Of a stretch of 64,000 bases of DNA, positions 12,796 to 24,452 are shown one piece after another. This DNA comes from Rhizodiscina lignyota (lineage: Eukaryota). The stretch is from positions 558,001 to 622,000 of the forward strand of contig ML978128.1 of the NCBI GenBank assembly GCA_010015805.1. The letters run 5' to 3'. The position numbers and the translations under genes are program-made. Below the pieces are notes generated by a model. The model did no database searches. It saw only the letters and a program-made list of their open reading frames with translations, and was not told where the DNA came from. Numbering within the stretch: position 1 is the stretch's first letter; each line of letters starts with the position of its first letter.

Positions 12796-13254
12796 CGACA
12801 TGGGTGGATACTCCACCATCACAACGTCACGGCAAAGCACATGAGAGTAGGGCGGTAACCTAATTCCCCTCCAGCGGCAACGTTCTAGACGATACGGAGC
12901 GGCAAGATCACTCCGCCGCTGTTCATTTGCCGGATTGAAAAAAGGAATTGCACAAAGGCGGGAAGAGCTCAAGATCGTACTGCTTGGATTGTCTTGTGGC
13001 TTCGATTTGGCTCGACGGAGCTGCCCGACTGCTGATCCTTGATAAGGATCAGAGCTTTCTAGGGCGCCCAAGGCGTTGAGGAGATATAAGGACGGCTGCC
13101 CTTTGGATAGAGGACTTATTTCTTCTCATCAGAGTTCAATTGACTTTTGAAAAGCACTACTCGCATTTCAGTTGCCTCATCACTACCGCCGCTTCTCGAG
13201 CATCATCACCCACGAACGACGATAATTACTACTACCACCACCACCACAATCGCA

Positions 13255-14237
13255 ATGGCAGAACTTGGATACGCCCGCTATGGCAAGGACAACATCCGTC
13301 TGTACAAGGTCCACCGTGATCCTCAGGACCCGCGCAAGCAGTCTGTTGTGGAGATGACCATCTGTACTCTGCTCGAGGGCGACATTGATACATCGTAAGC
13401 ATTCCATCGTCCCATTTACCATGTTCGTGACCTAACTCGTACCCTCACAGGTACACCAAAGCCGACAACTCGGTCGTAGTGGCCACAGACACACAAAAGC
13501 AAACCTGCTACATCCTCGCAAAGCAACACCCCATCGACCCGCCCGAGCAGTTCGCGGCAATCATCGCAAACCACTTCGTCACCACCTACTCCCACATCCA
13601 CGCCGCACACGTCAAGATAATCCAGCACCGATGGACACGTCTGAGCGTGCAGGGCAAGCCGCACCCGTACAGCTTCTTCCGCGACGGCGAGGAGCTGCGC
13701 ACCGTCGAGTGCGTCGGGCGCGACAGCAAGCATCCGCAGGGCGCTGGATTCTCAATCAAGAGCGGCATCGACAAGCTGCTGGTGCTGAAGTCGACGGGCT
13801 CGGCGTTCTACGGCTTCCACCGCGACGAGTATACGCAGTTGCCCGAGACGTGGGACCGCATCCTGTCCACCGAAGTCGCTGCGACGTGGCAGTGGGCGCC
13901 GTTCGCGTCGCTTGCCGACGTCCAGGCTATCGCCCCGACGTTCAACAAGGCGCATGAGGAGGCGCGCACCATCACCCTCGAGACGTTCGCGACGGACGAG
14001 AGCGCGAGTGTGCAGAATACCATGTGGAAGATGAGCGAGCAGATCCTGGCGGCGGAGCCGAAGGTGGACTCCGTGGGCTATAGCCTGCCGAACAAACACT
14101 ACTTCGAGATTGACCTGAGCTGGCATAAGGGGCTGAAGAACACGGGCAAGGATGCGGAGGTGTATGCGCCGCAGAGCAATCCGAATGGGTTGATCCAGTG
14201 CACTGTGAACAGGAAGGGATTGAAGGCCAGACTTTGA
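13255..14237 (+). CDS. uaZ: Uricase (urate oxidase), peroxisomal
   Basis: ARYGKDNI, YTKADNSVVVATDTQK, LLVLKSTGSAF, SASVQNT and SLPNKHYF motifs. Intron 13395-13450. C-terminal PTS1 -ARL. Confidence 0.97.
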
Positions 14238-14540
14238 GGAGGAGATCGGATGGATAGAGGCTGCATAAGTGGCGTTCTCGTCTTGGAAAACTGTTCGTCT
14301 TGGAGTCTGGACTAGCGACGCCTTTGGGCCTTTTCAATGAGATATGACTATTGTATCATATTGACATATATAAATATATAATGGATGCCATTGTTTTCAC
14401 TCGCTGTACAATTCCTCCATGCCATTGGAAGTGAAGATGCTATTCCTCGCAGGACATATATACAACGCTCAATAGACCATTCCATCTCTTCTGCGCCGTC
14501 CAATGCATCACAGTATCATACATCCTCTCCCCAACCAATG

Positions 14541-15243
14541 TCATCTCTTCTCTTTCGCGGCTTCACCCTTGCTATGCGCCTCCACCATCACCCCCGGCGT
14601 CTCCCCCATCAGCATTCCCACCTCCTTCCTCGTCGGCTCATCCGCCGCAAAGCGCAAAAAGTTCTCCTTGTACGGATGCACCTCGCCCTCAAAGCACCGC
14701 AGCCTCATCAGCCGCGTATCCTGCAGCTTGTTCTTCGGCAGCATGCCCTTCACCGCGCGCCGCAGGATCTCGCCGCCGCCCCACTTCTCCATCAGCCGCT
14801 CGAGGGAGATCTCTTGGAGGGAGCCGGGCCGCGTGGTGTGCGTGTAGTACTTTTTCTGCTTGAGCTTGTTGCCGGTCACGCGCAGGTGCGAGCACGAGGT
14901 TACGACGACGTAGTCGCCGCAGTCGGTCGAGGGGTCGTAGATGGGTTTGTGCTTGCCCATGAGGAGGAGGGCGATGCGGGAGGCGATGCGGCCTAGGGGC
15001 GGGGGGTCTATTGAGGCGAGGGGTTCTGATGGTGGTGTAGAAGGAGATGTGCTAGTTGCAGAGGAGGTAGCGGAAGAGACGGGAGCAGCCCAGGTGGAGG
15101 AAGTCGGGGAGAGGGAGAGGTGGTGCCATGCGCGGCTGTATGCGAGACGCGTCTAGATGGGGGAGTTAGATCAATCCATTGACCGAAAAGGCAGTGAGGA
15201 TTAATTGATAGCTGAGACATACTCTTCCGATTGTTTGTGACAT
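14541..15243 (-). CDS. MRPL23: Mitochondrial ribosomal protein uL13m (yeast MRPL23)
   Basis: Exon 1 (15243-15223) encodes MSQTIGR. After intron 15222-15153 comes TRLAYSRAWHH...LGRIASRIALLLMGKHKPIYDPSTDCGDYVVV...AVKGMLPKN. Confidence 0.93.
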
Positions 15244-15641
15244 TTTGAGAGGTAGAAAAGGTGATCGAAGACGTCGAGGAAAATTGAAGATGCCCCGAAG
15301 GGCGTTGGTCGTTGGTCGTACGTCCTCCTCGCTGGGGAATATAGGCGCGAAGGATGTTCACTGGATTGAAAACACAGGATACTCAGTGAAGAAAATAGCG
15401 GACTTCCCTAGGGAGAATTGGTGTACGCGGTGCTATCACGATCTTCATCCCCATCTCGGTGGTGACTTTGATGCCAAGCTTCAGAGCTCCAATCGGCACT
15501 TGCCGAGCTCCGGCTTTCTGTTGCTTTCAAATCGACATCGCCATCCTCGGCCGGGGAGTCGTCAAGTTTGCTCATCATGCTCGAGAGAGCTTTGCAATTG
15601 TTCTTCCACTTGCAAACTTTTCCTCAGCACCGTCTGCAGCC

Positions 15642-16614
15642 ATGATTCCCTCATTTCAGGTAAGCTCTTCCGCCTACACCACTTCCATACTAACTCATTT
15701 CATTGTATCAATGCGTTTCGAAACGGTCACGTTAACCCTAGGAACAGACGACCTTTGCGGTCCCTCTCAGCTGCGAGTCTTGTATTAAGGATGTTTCGAC
15801 GAGTCTGTACAAGCTGAATGGTGCGTTTCCTATTCTGGCCATTCCTCCTTATCACGATATGCTCGTATGATATGTTTCCAAGCTGCTGATTCAGAACGGA
15901 GATTGCAGGTATCAACAAGGTAGATGCAGATTTGAAGCAGCAACTTGTTTCCGTGGAAGGAACTGCCGCGCCGTCGGCCATTGTCGCTGCTATCCAAGAA
16001 ACGGGCAGAGACGCTATACTGCGAGGCAGTGGGAAGGCAGACAGTAAGGATTGCCACGTCATTCTCACATGACGGTCATGCCATAAGTTCTCACGCCATG
16101 AACAGGTGCTGCTGTCTGCATCCTGGAGACACACTCGAGCAAGGTGAACGACCATGTCCGCGGGCTGGTACGCATGGTTCAAGTGTCTGCGAATCTCACA
16201 ATCATCGACTTGACGCTCAGAGGGGTCAGCCCAGGTACATATCACGCGACTGTCAGGGAGAGCGGGAATATCTCGGACGGGCCGGCATCCACAGGCGGGA
16301 TCTGGGACGCACTCCAGGCCAAGAAAGACGGCAGGCCGTCCCGGGGCATCTTCGGGACCGTTGAAGTCGGCAAGAGCGGACTCGGCACGGTATTCTTGGA
16401 CCGGCCGATTCAGATATGGGAGATGATCGGGCGGAGCATTGTGGTGACGAAAGTGAATGACGGAAAGAAGCTGGACAAGGAGGACCCAGATACACTCGTG
16501 GGAGTAATTGCACGGAGTGCTGGAGTATGGGATAATGACAAGACTGTATGCAGCTGTTCGGGCAAGACGGTGTGGGAGGAGCGCAAGGAGCAAGTCGACA
16601 AGGGAATGCTGTGA
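15642..16614 (+). CDS. CCS1: Copper chaperone for superoxide dismutase
   Basis: Spliced from exons 15642-15659, 15748-15820, 15909-~16043 and ~16105-16614. HMA domain (FAVPLSCESC), SOD-like domain, and ARSAGVWDNDKTVCSCSGKTVWEE with the CxC motif. Confidence 0.95.
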
Positions 16615-18101
16615 ACACAAGCAAGGCTGAAGGCTGGAGACTTCTGACAGCTGTTCTTGACGAAGGAATTAGCAGTGAGATGAGGCTTGTCAGAAGTGCT
16701 TTTGCAAAAGCTTGGCTGGAATATGGTGTATGATAGAGACCTGCCACGCCACGTGTTCCAGGGGCATGAAAGTCTTTCGTAGGAAGCTTAGCAGAAGCTG
16801 TACGCGAAAAGCTATAGGGAGCTCGACAAGCAACTGGACGCTGCCACGGCTTCAGATACCTCTGGCAGTGGCAGTATCACCGTAGTGGGCCGTTTCGTTC
16901 ATGCGCACGTCAGAAGAAGGCAACTCATCAAACTGCTTGTGGATGATACCATTCTGTAACGGGAAGTCTTGCAAACAGGGTCCGTCCCCGTGGTGTCACG
17001 CACAGCGACTTTGCAGCACGTTCTATCCAGAAGGCGAATTAGGCGGCATTTGGAATTCGACACGAGGCCGGAAAGGACGGACAATGAAGCTCTCGAGAGG
17101 CGAGCAGAGTCACGATGGCCGTCGAGCGAGTCCAGTGAGGCTCGAGGAGTAGCCGCCGGTGGTGTCGCGAACGGACGGGGGTGCCCGCACTAGCGCAGCC
17201 AATCACGACCCCGCACCAGCCCCTCCGTTACAAAGTGCTTCGAGGCCTCGTCTGCAATTCGTTCACAGGGACAGGCCCGACGAGGCCGTTGTGTGCATTC
17301 TGCAAGCCAGCCCGCGCCCAAAGATCCCAAAGATCACACAGATCCCAGAGACCCGGCTGGAGAGTGCGTGGGAGCTCACGTTTCCTCCTAAAATTACGCC
17401 TGCCATATCTCCCTCCCCCTCCATTGGTGGCCGCACAAGCTCTCATTCGACCTATTCTATCAGGAACCTGACGACTAAACGACCCTCCCGTCCTCCTCTG
17501 GCGCGCTTCTACCCGATACTCCCTCGAATCGCGTGGCGGCCGTCTTCTTCTCCTGCAGCCCGCGTTGCCAGATTTCTGTCGCTTCTGCTTCTTCTGAACA
17601 TCTGCCTCCACATCACCTCCTCACTCGAGCCGTTAGCCGCCTTACCTGCAGCACGAACTCTCACTCTGCCGGTGCTGAGCGGGACCTTGCACATCGATTG
17701 CTAAATTAATACCACCTCCAACCTCACCTCCCTGCTCCTCACTGTCTCGCAGCCGCTGCTGGACTCATTTTGCGATCTGCCTCGAGTAACCACGAGTAAT
17801 CTTGGCTGAGATCAGTTGGTAAAGATCGCAAGAGAAGGTGCAACCCGAGGACGTTACACATTGACATCACCGTCCCGAACATCAAAAGTCTAAACCGGCA
17901 CGCGGAACCCCTCAAGCCCCGGCGGCTATCGTACATCAGAGTCGAGATATTACCAGGAGTTGGGAACATACTTGTCAAGTTAGCTTGAAGACCAGCTACT
18001 ATCTCGTCTCCAAGAGCTTGGTACGCCATCAATTCGATCTTCGCGCCAGAAATTTCAGAGCCGTCGCGAGACCTGAGCGTTGAAGCTCTCGACAACTCGC
18101 G

Positions 18102-19844
18102 ATGTCTCTCAAGCAGGTTAGTTGCTGCTCACTGCATCATACGCGATAAGGTCACTAACTGGGTGCAACAGGAAATCGAGACGTGGGTCGCCGCGCTCGC
18201 GGCCTACGATAACAACGAATTCGACGTCTCCCTGAAAGCCTTCGAGCAGATTGCCGATACATCAAAGATATTATTCAATTGCGGTGTCATACATGCCACG
18301 CTGGGTGAGCATGAGAGAGCTGTATGTTGGATCTGTTCCGCGAGATATTGGGCACCTTACTAAAGATTTGACAGGTCGAGTTCTACCTCAAGGCCATCGA
18401 GCTGGACAAATACCTCGCTGTTGCGTACTTCCAGCAGGGCGTGTCAAATTTCTTAATGGGCGATTTTGAAGAAGCGCTGGCCAACTTCAACGACACGCTA
18501 CTCTACCTGCGGGGAAACAACAACATCGACTACGAGCAATTAGGACTGAAGTTCAAGCTCTATTCATGCGAAGTACTCTTCAACCGCGGTCTCTGTTATA
18601 TCTATTTGCAGCAGCTAGATGCTGGTATGCAAGATCTTACGTTCGCTGCGAAAGAGAAGGTTGTACCTGATCACGAGGTCATCGACGAGGCGATTCGAGA
18701 GCAAGCCGAAGGTTATACCGTCTTCTCCATCCCCGTGGGCATTGTCTACCGCCCCAACGAAGCGAAGGTGAAGAATCTCAAGACAAAAGACTATCTTGGC
18801 AAAGCTCGTCTTGTCGCTGCTACGGACCGCAACAATGCTTTCACCGGCTTCCAGGGCGCAGAGCTGAAGAACAGGAACAATCCCCAGACTGCGAAAGACG
18901 ATAGGGAAGTGGAAAAGATTTCCTTCGCCGCAACGAACCTCGTCAAGCCGAATATCAGTTCTCGAGCAAGACAGCAGTCAGAACCGCCGCTCAACAGGAA
19001 CGTATTCCCACCTACCCCTCCGCCGGAACAGGATGCTCGTCCTGCGCCTCCGGAGAAGGAAGAGAAGAAGTCCGGGACCATGTCAAGAGCTGAAAGCGTC
19101 AAGGCGGGACCGAAGCCGAAACCGCTCGACCTCAGCGTTGCTGGCTTTGAGAAGCCGAGAGTCGGCACTGTCCGCTCTGCCAGCGAGAAGCCTCGCGGCA
19201 CTCGTGAACGAGAAATGGACCGCAGTGCTAGCAGGCGCAGCAATGGCAGCAGTTCTAATAGCGATCGTCCAGCACCGAAGCGAAGACCGACGAATGACAA
19301 TGAAGATGAGGGTGATTATGCAGAGGACGTCTATGATATGTACGGCAACCAAAGCAGTGCTGGCGCACCGAGAAGGAGCAAGAACGGACCCAGCAGATTC
19401 ACCTACATCGACGAGGAAGAGGAAGATGATGGTTACGATGACTACGATGAAGCCGACTTCGAAATAATGAATGCCCGCCGCTCCCAGCGCTCCGACCAAA
19501 TGCGCGGCGCACCACGCGGCCCTACACGCCGCGGCACCGGCCTCTCAGACCGCGAGCGTGATCCCCCGCGCGACACGCTGCGCAAGATCCGCGTCAAGGT
19601 GCATGCCGACGACACGCGCTATGTGATGATCGGCCCCGCGGTCGAGTTCCGCGACTTCGTCGATCAGATCCGCGTCAAGTTCGGCCTGCGGACGGCCTTC
19701 AAGATCAAGATCAGGGACGAGGAGGATTTCATCACCATGAGTGATCAGGATGATTTGGAGATGGCGATTCAGACAGCCAGAGACCAGGCGAAGAGGGAGA
19801 GGGCGGAGATGGGGAAGATGGAGGTGTGGCTGCAGGAGGTGTAG
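18102..19844 (+). CDS. noxR: NADPH oxidase regulator NoxR (p67phox-like; TPR + PB1)
   Basis: MSLKQ|EIETWVAAL..TSKILFNCGVIHATLGEH|..YLAVAYFQQGVSNFLMGDFEEALANFNDTLLYLRGN; IDYEQLGLKFKLYSCEVLFN; C-terminal PB1 (IRVKVH..DFITMSDQDDL). Introns 18117-18171 and 18322-~18374. Confidence 0.96.
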
Positions 19845-20838
19845 GGTGCGAGCTGGGCTCGGTTGCTAGCAGGAAGCATATATAGATAGGGCATTTGGGA
19901 GGGCGTGATTTGGGCGACGGCTGGCGTTTCGGCGGCAAATTGGTAATGAATATGCTGGGCGACTGCATGAGCTTTTTGAGCGAGATCTGAATGCTTTTCT
20001 ATTATTTTGGGTTCACTCGGGCCTCACGTGGGCCTGCGAGATGAGCGAGATCTAGTCCGAGGTATAAATATATTTCGATATCCAGGGCCAGCATACATAT
20101 TGAACAGATCCTATGGGTACTTGAACTTGAACGATGCATGCCATGCTTCCCCCTTCTGGCGAAAGAACAGCGTCGGTCCGAACATAATTTACCGTGTTAT
20201 TACCTTGGGGCGCAAGAACACTACCAATCTGCACAAATGGTGTTCCTCGCCCTGTCGCCTCCCAGTAGAAGAATACTGTTCCTTTGAACAAAGGGCTGTT
20301 ATCGTGTCATACTATTATTTACATCAACACTTTCATATTCATGTTCATTTCACCGCCGGCGGCGGAGGTAAGCAACTGTGGCTTTCTACATAGGGTCCAA
20401 GCCAACGCCCCAAGCCTCCATATCTAGAAGATTTGCGCGAGTTTGGCAAGTTTCTTTGATCTATACATAGGGTCGAAATTTGCATGTCTTTCCATTTGGA
20501 GGACTTGCGAACAATTGCAAGTTTCTTTTAACTCGGTATATCGAGCCATGCCTAAGGCGGCGCACTCTCTGCTCATTCGCTGATGTCTCTCATCTTGTCT
20601 CCATTGATGATGGTGCTCAACATGGCTGTGAACGCCTCGTATGGTTTAAAAAGCATGCCTGCTCTTCTCTTCTGCCATTAATCAATGCTTCTACAATCGT
20701 TTGTACTGAGTTTTAATTTCAATCGAGCAAGCATAAAACCTCGCGGTTTGGGCGGGCGCTTTCGATCGTTACTTTGATAGAAATTTACGTAGGCATGTCC
20801 GACATCTCGCTGTTCTCACACGTACTGACAGCCGTAGA

Positions 20839-22041
20839 ATGGTCCGACTGTTCTCAATGGATACATTGCTCATTGCTTCCATCGCCTTGATGGGAGTTGT
20901 TGGAGCCGTTTCTTACCCTGACTGCCAGGCCGTCGCTCCCCATCAGAAGACTCTCAACGACGTGCGCACAGCGAACATCTCCGCTCCAGCAAGCCCATTC
21001 GGCCTGATCTTCAGCAAGCAGAGCGATCGAGCCTTTGTCGCATTGAACACAACTCTCGGCGTCTTGGACACCAGTTCGCTCAAGCCAAAATTGATGCATC
21101 AGATCCCAGTGCCGGCGGAATACCTGGACCCTTCTGGTGTCAAAGCAATCTCCCTGACACATGACGGCCGGTATGTGATCGCGTCCACATATATCGGCGC
21201 CGTTATCGTCAATGTCGAAAAGGCAGTGGTAGGTAGCTCGGACGCCTTTGCAGGCGCGCTGGTCGGTACGGCGGGGAACAGTTCTATGCAGGTTACTATA
21301 ACGGCAGACGACAAATACGCCATTGTCAGCCAGGAGTACGGGATCAGCGACGGCATCGGAGCGCTTGAAGTGTTCAAGCTGCACGAGCCCACCGGGTACG
21401 GAAGTGGAAACGTAACCAGCACGTACGTCGGCGCTCTCTTCTTGGGCCGCGCAGTCCTCGGCACGGCGCTGTCGTCAGATGGTCGTACACTCTACGCAAC
21501 GAGTGAGCTTGCCGTCACTGACACGCAAATTGGCGCGAATGGCTCGGCCCGAGGCAACCTCAGCGTCATCGACGTGGAGACGTTGAAGACGGATCCAAGC
21601 AAGGCGCTTTTGCACAACGTCCCCGCTGGCTGCGATCCCGTCAGAGTCTCCGTCGCTCCAGATAGCTCAGTCTGGGTGACCGCACGCCAAAGCAACCACC
21701 TCCTCGCCTACGACGCTAAGAAACTTCTTTCTCAGCCTGAGAAGGCGTTGATCGCATCCGTCCAAGTTGGCACAGCGCCAGTCGGTTTGATCTTCGTCAG
21801 CAGCAAACATGGAAGTCGCATCCTCACTGCAGACTCGAACCGCTTCGACCAGTTAACTACCACGGGAATATCAGTGGTAGACTGGCGCGCGGCGCTTCGC
21901 GGTAAACCAGCAGGACTCGGCAAGATCCCGACAGGGCTGTTCCCACGTGAATTTGCTATAAGTCCAGATGGTCGTACAGTCCTCGTGGCTGACTTTGATT
22001 CATCCCAAGTTCAGGCTATAGATGTAGACAGTCTTCCGTGA
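20839..22041 (+). CDS. Secreted beta-propeller protein (YVTN/YncE/lactonase-like)
   Basis: Signal-peptide-like N-terminus and repeated blade motifs (LTHDGRYVI, ITADDKYAIV, LSSDGRTLYAT, ISPDGRTVLVAD). Coding region is intronless; probable 5'UTR intron at 20789-20837. Confidence 0.8.
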   Translation: MVRLFSMDTLLIASIALMGVVGAVSYPDCQAVAPHQKTLNDVRTANISAPASPFGLIFSKQSDRAFVALNTTLGVLDTSSLKPKLMHQIPVPAEYLDPSGVKAISLTHDGRYVIASTYIGAVIVNVEKAVVGSSDAFAGALVGTAGNSSMQVTITADDKYAIVSQEYGISDGIGALEVFKLHEPTGYGSGNVTSTYVGALFLGRAVLGTALSSDGRTLYATSELAVTDTQIGANGSARGNLSVIDVETLKTDPSKALLHNVPAGCDPVRVSVAPDSSVWVTARQSNHLLAYDAKKLLSQPEKALIASVQVGTAPVGLIFVSSKHGSRILTADSNRFDQLTTTGISVVDWRAALRGKPAGLGKIPTGLFPREFAISPDGRTVLVADFDSSQVQAIDVDSLP

Positions 22042-22328
22042 AGAGGTGCGTTTTTAAGTAGAGTTGAAAAGGAAGCACGAGAGCTCAAACACTTGATATG
22101 AGAAAATGGAAAGACGAGTTGGAAAGTCGGAAGCTTGGTATTGGGTATGACGACCGACTTTCTATGTAGAATACAACTCCAAAATAAACCCCAGCTCAAT
22201 TCCAGAGGAAGAGCTAAATCCGTATGCAAAACATTCCACGAATCTCAAGAATTCAATTGAACCCGCCTTCCGTAACGCTCAAATGCAATTTGGTATCGAG
22301 TAACAAAAGTGCTGTAGCGAAAACAAGC

Positions 22329-24452
22329 TCACTGAGCAGCTCCCGGTTCCTTCCTGGGCTTCTTCGGGAAGAGCAACTTATTCGCTTTGTCGTAGTGGGA
22401 GTTCTGCTTGACCATGTCGATAAACTCCTTACCGTTCGTCTTCTCGCGGCCTTTGAAGATAGCCAACAAATCCTTAATCATGATGCCTTCCGCAGGAAGA
22501 ACCTGACGAATCTCCTCAGGGGTCGGCGGAGGTCCAGTGGGCGGGGGAGCCGGCTTCTGAACCGGAGGCGCACCAGGGCTCGCCGCCCTGCTCGGACTAA
22601 CTGCACGTGAACCACCTGGCGTACCACTTGGCGAAGCGCGGCTCACCGCCTTCTGCTTCTTGATCTTTCGTCCACTTACACTGACTTCGGTATCGCTGCC
22701 AGACCCAGCGCCAGCTAGGCGCTTATTGATGCCAGCGATGGATGGCGCACGCGATCGGTCTGCCGCATCAGGTGACAGCTGTCGCGAGGCAGCAGTGGCG
22801 CCAGGAGGTAGATGCGACTTCTTTTGCTTCTTGCGCGACGACTCGTTGCCGCTGACATCGGAGACGATCGGCGAGCCTGGACGCTTCAGAGAGCTCGAGG
22901 ATGCCGTCTTTTGCATTGGAGGAGCTGCATGCTTTGATGCTCGACCTGATGGAGTGTTTGTGCCCCTAGTGGAGTTGCCTGGCGATGGCTTCTCCTCCTT
23001 GAGCTTGTCGTTATCCTTGCCTTCTTCGTCCTTCTTCTTCTCCTCGTCTGAATCCGAATTATCCGAGTCGCTTTTGCTTGCGTAGGGGTTGTCTTCGCTC
23101 TCGTCATCGTACTCAAAGTTGTGCTCACGCTTCATCAAAGTCTTTCGAGTGGCCTTCTCCGCCGCCTTCCGAGCCTCCTCAGCCTGCTTCTCACGCTCAG
23201 CCTCCTCGTCAACCTGCTTCTCATCGACAAGATTGAAGGTGTTTGCGCCCAATTGCTCTTTACGTATCTTCTGCGCTGCGTCCTTAACCTCATCATTTTC
23301 ACCTTCCAACAATGGATTCTCCTCGTCATCCGCAAACTCTTCTTCGAAGTTGAAATCGATGTCATCCTCTTCACCGCCACCAGCACCTTCCCGCTTGAAA
23401 GCTTGTCTCTTCTGTGCTTCGGAAGTCTTCATCAACTCGTTTCGCTCGCCGCGACGGAGAGACATTTCCGTCCTCGCCAAACCACCCTCTTTCATGGCCA
23501 ATTCCATCTGCTTTGCCCTCTGCACCTTCTCGTTCATAGACCAGCGGTCCTCTTTGAACTTCTTGCTCATGCGCTCCTCAGCTTCTTCCAGGGTGTAAGA
23601 CTTGAACTTGCTCTTCTCCTTGAACCTATAATACTTCTCAAGAGGGAAGAGCCTGAACTGTGCGGGTTCGTTCTGTGGGACTAACGCCATATGGCATTCC
23701 GAAAGTGCAGCCTCATACGTGCCTTGCCAGACGCTTTTGCCGCTGAAGTCTTCCAGATGCCACGGAATTGCTTCTTCGTAACGTAGCTGGGATGCTTTCA
23801 CAGCCTCCGGTGTGTCATCAGCCCTGAAAACTTGCTCCGTCTTCTTCTGGAATGCCGGTGGCCTCTGTGTCTTCCCGGTCGGCGCAATCTGTGCCTGATT
23901 TTCTTCCCGAATACGTCTCCGCTCAGCCTTTTGCTGGTCCAGCCTCTCACGCTCCGCGACATCTGCCAAATCCTCCTTAATGTCCAGCTCCATAGCTGTC
24001 TGGCCTGATCCGACTGGCGGCAAGCGTGGGTCTCGTCGGTGTAGAAAGACTGGTCGCATGAATTGCTCTTGATTACCCGGATCTACCTTGGCCTTCGACT
24101 GCAGCTTGAAGATGTGATGGCGCACCCCTTCGAGCAGTGCACGCTTCGTAGTAAACAGTGGGAACTCTTGTGGAATGCCTTCTGGCTCTTTTAGAGCTGG
24201 AGGAGCCGTTGTGAGTGATCGCGCACCATTGACGGGGGGAGGAGGGCGCGTGCCCGGCGTAGACGCGTTCTGAGAAGGTCCCGCGGGTGTCCCTGGTGCA
24301 GGTCGATTGAGAACTGATCTACGCGCAGGCTTTCGTGCGGAGACTAGAGGGTTGGTCTTCGGCTTGGGCCGACGGGCGGCTGCTGCAACGCCATTCGGCG
24401 TTGTGCTGGGTGGGCCTGCTGGCGAAGGCCCGGCAGGTGAGGCACTGCTCAT
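22329..24452 (-). CDS. TFG1: Transcription initiation factor IIF alpha subunit (RAP74)
   Basis: PVFLHRRDPR, KKTEQVF, LRYEEAIPWHLEDF..WQGTYE, TLEEAEERM, EEEFADDEE and a C-terminal winged helix. Confidence 0.93.
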   Translation of the reverse strand: MSSASPAGPSPAGPPSTTPNGVAAAARRPKPKTNPLVSARKPARRSVLNRPAPGTPAGPSQNASTPGTRPPPPVNGARSLTTAPPALKEPEGIPQEFPLFTTKRALLEGVRHHIFKLQSKAKVDPGNQEQFMRPVFLHRRDPRLPPVGSGQTAMELDIKEDLADVAERERLDQQKAERRRIREENQAQIAPTGKTQRPPAFQKKTEQVFRADDTPEAVKASQLRYEEAIPWHLEDFSGKSVWQGTYEAALSECHMALVPQNEPAQFRLFPLEKYYRFKEKSKFKSYTLEEAEERMSKKFKEDRWSMNEKVQRAKQMELAMKEGGLARTEMSLRRGERNELMKTSEAQKRQAFKREGAGGGEEDDIDFNFEEEFADDEENPLLEGENDEVKDAAQKIRKEQLGANTFNLVDEKQVDEEAEREKQAEEARKAAEKATRKTLMKREHNFEYDDESEDNPYASKSDSDNSDSDEEKKKDEEGKDNDKLKEEKPSPGNSTRGTNTPSGRASKHAAPPMQKTASSSSLKRPGSPIVSDVSGNESSRKKQKKSHLPPGATAASRQLSPDAADRSRAPSIAGINKRLAGAGSGSDTEVSVSGRKIKKQKAVSRASPSGTPGGSRAVSPSRAASPGAPPVQKPAPPPTGPPPTPEEIRQVLPAEGIMIKDLLAIFKGREKTNGKEFIDMVKQNSHYDKANKLLFPKKPRKEPGAAQ

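Noticed and set aside
14385..16747. Long antisense or alternative-frame ORFs (e.g. 14385-14996 +, 15727-16620 -)
   Set aside because: They are shadows of the GC-rich MRPL23 and CCS1 coding sequences. The same applies to most short ORFs overlapping real genes elsewhere in the window.
17320..17355. Short AGATCCCA-like tandem repeat upstream of noxR
   Set aside because: Only 3-4 degenerate ~9-bp units with no spacers; not CRISPR-like and no supportable function.
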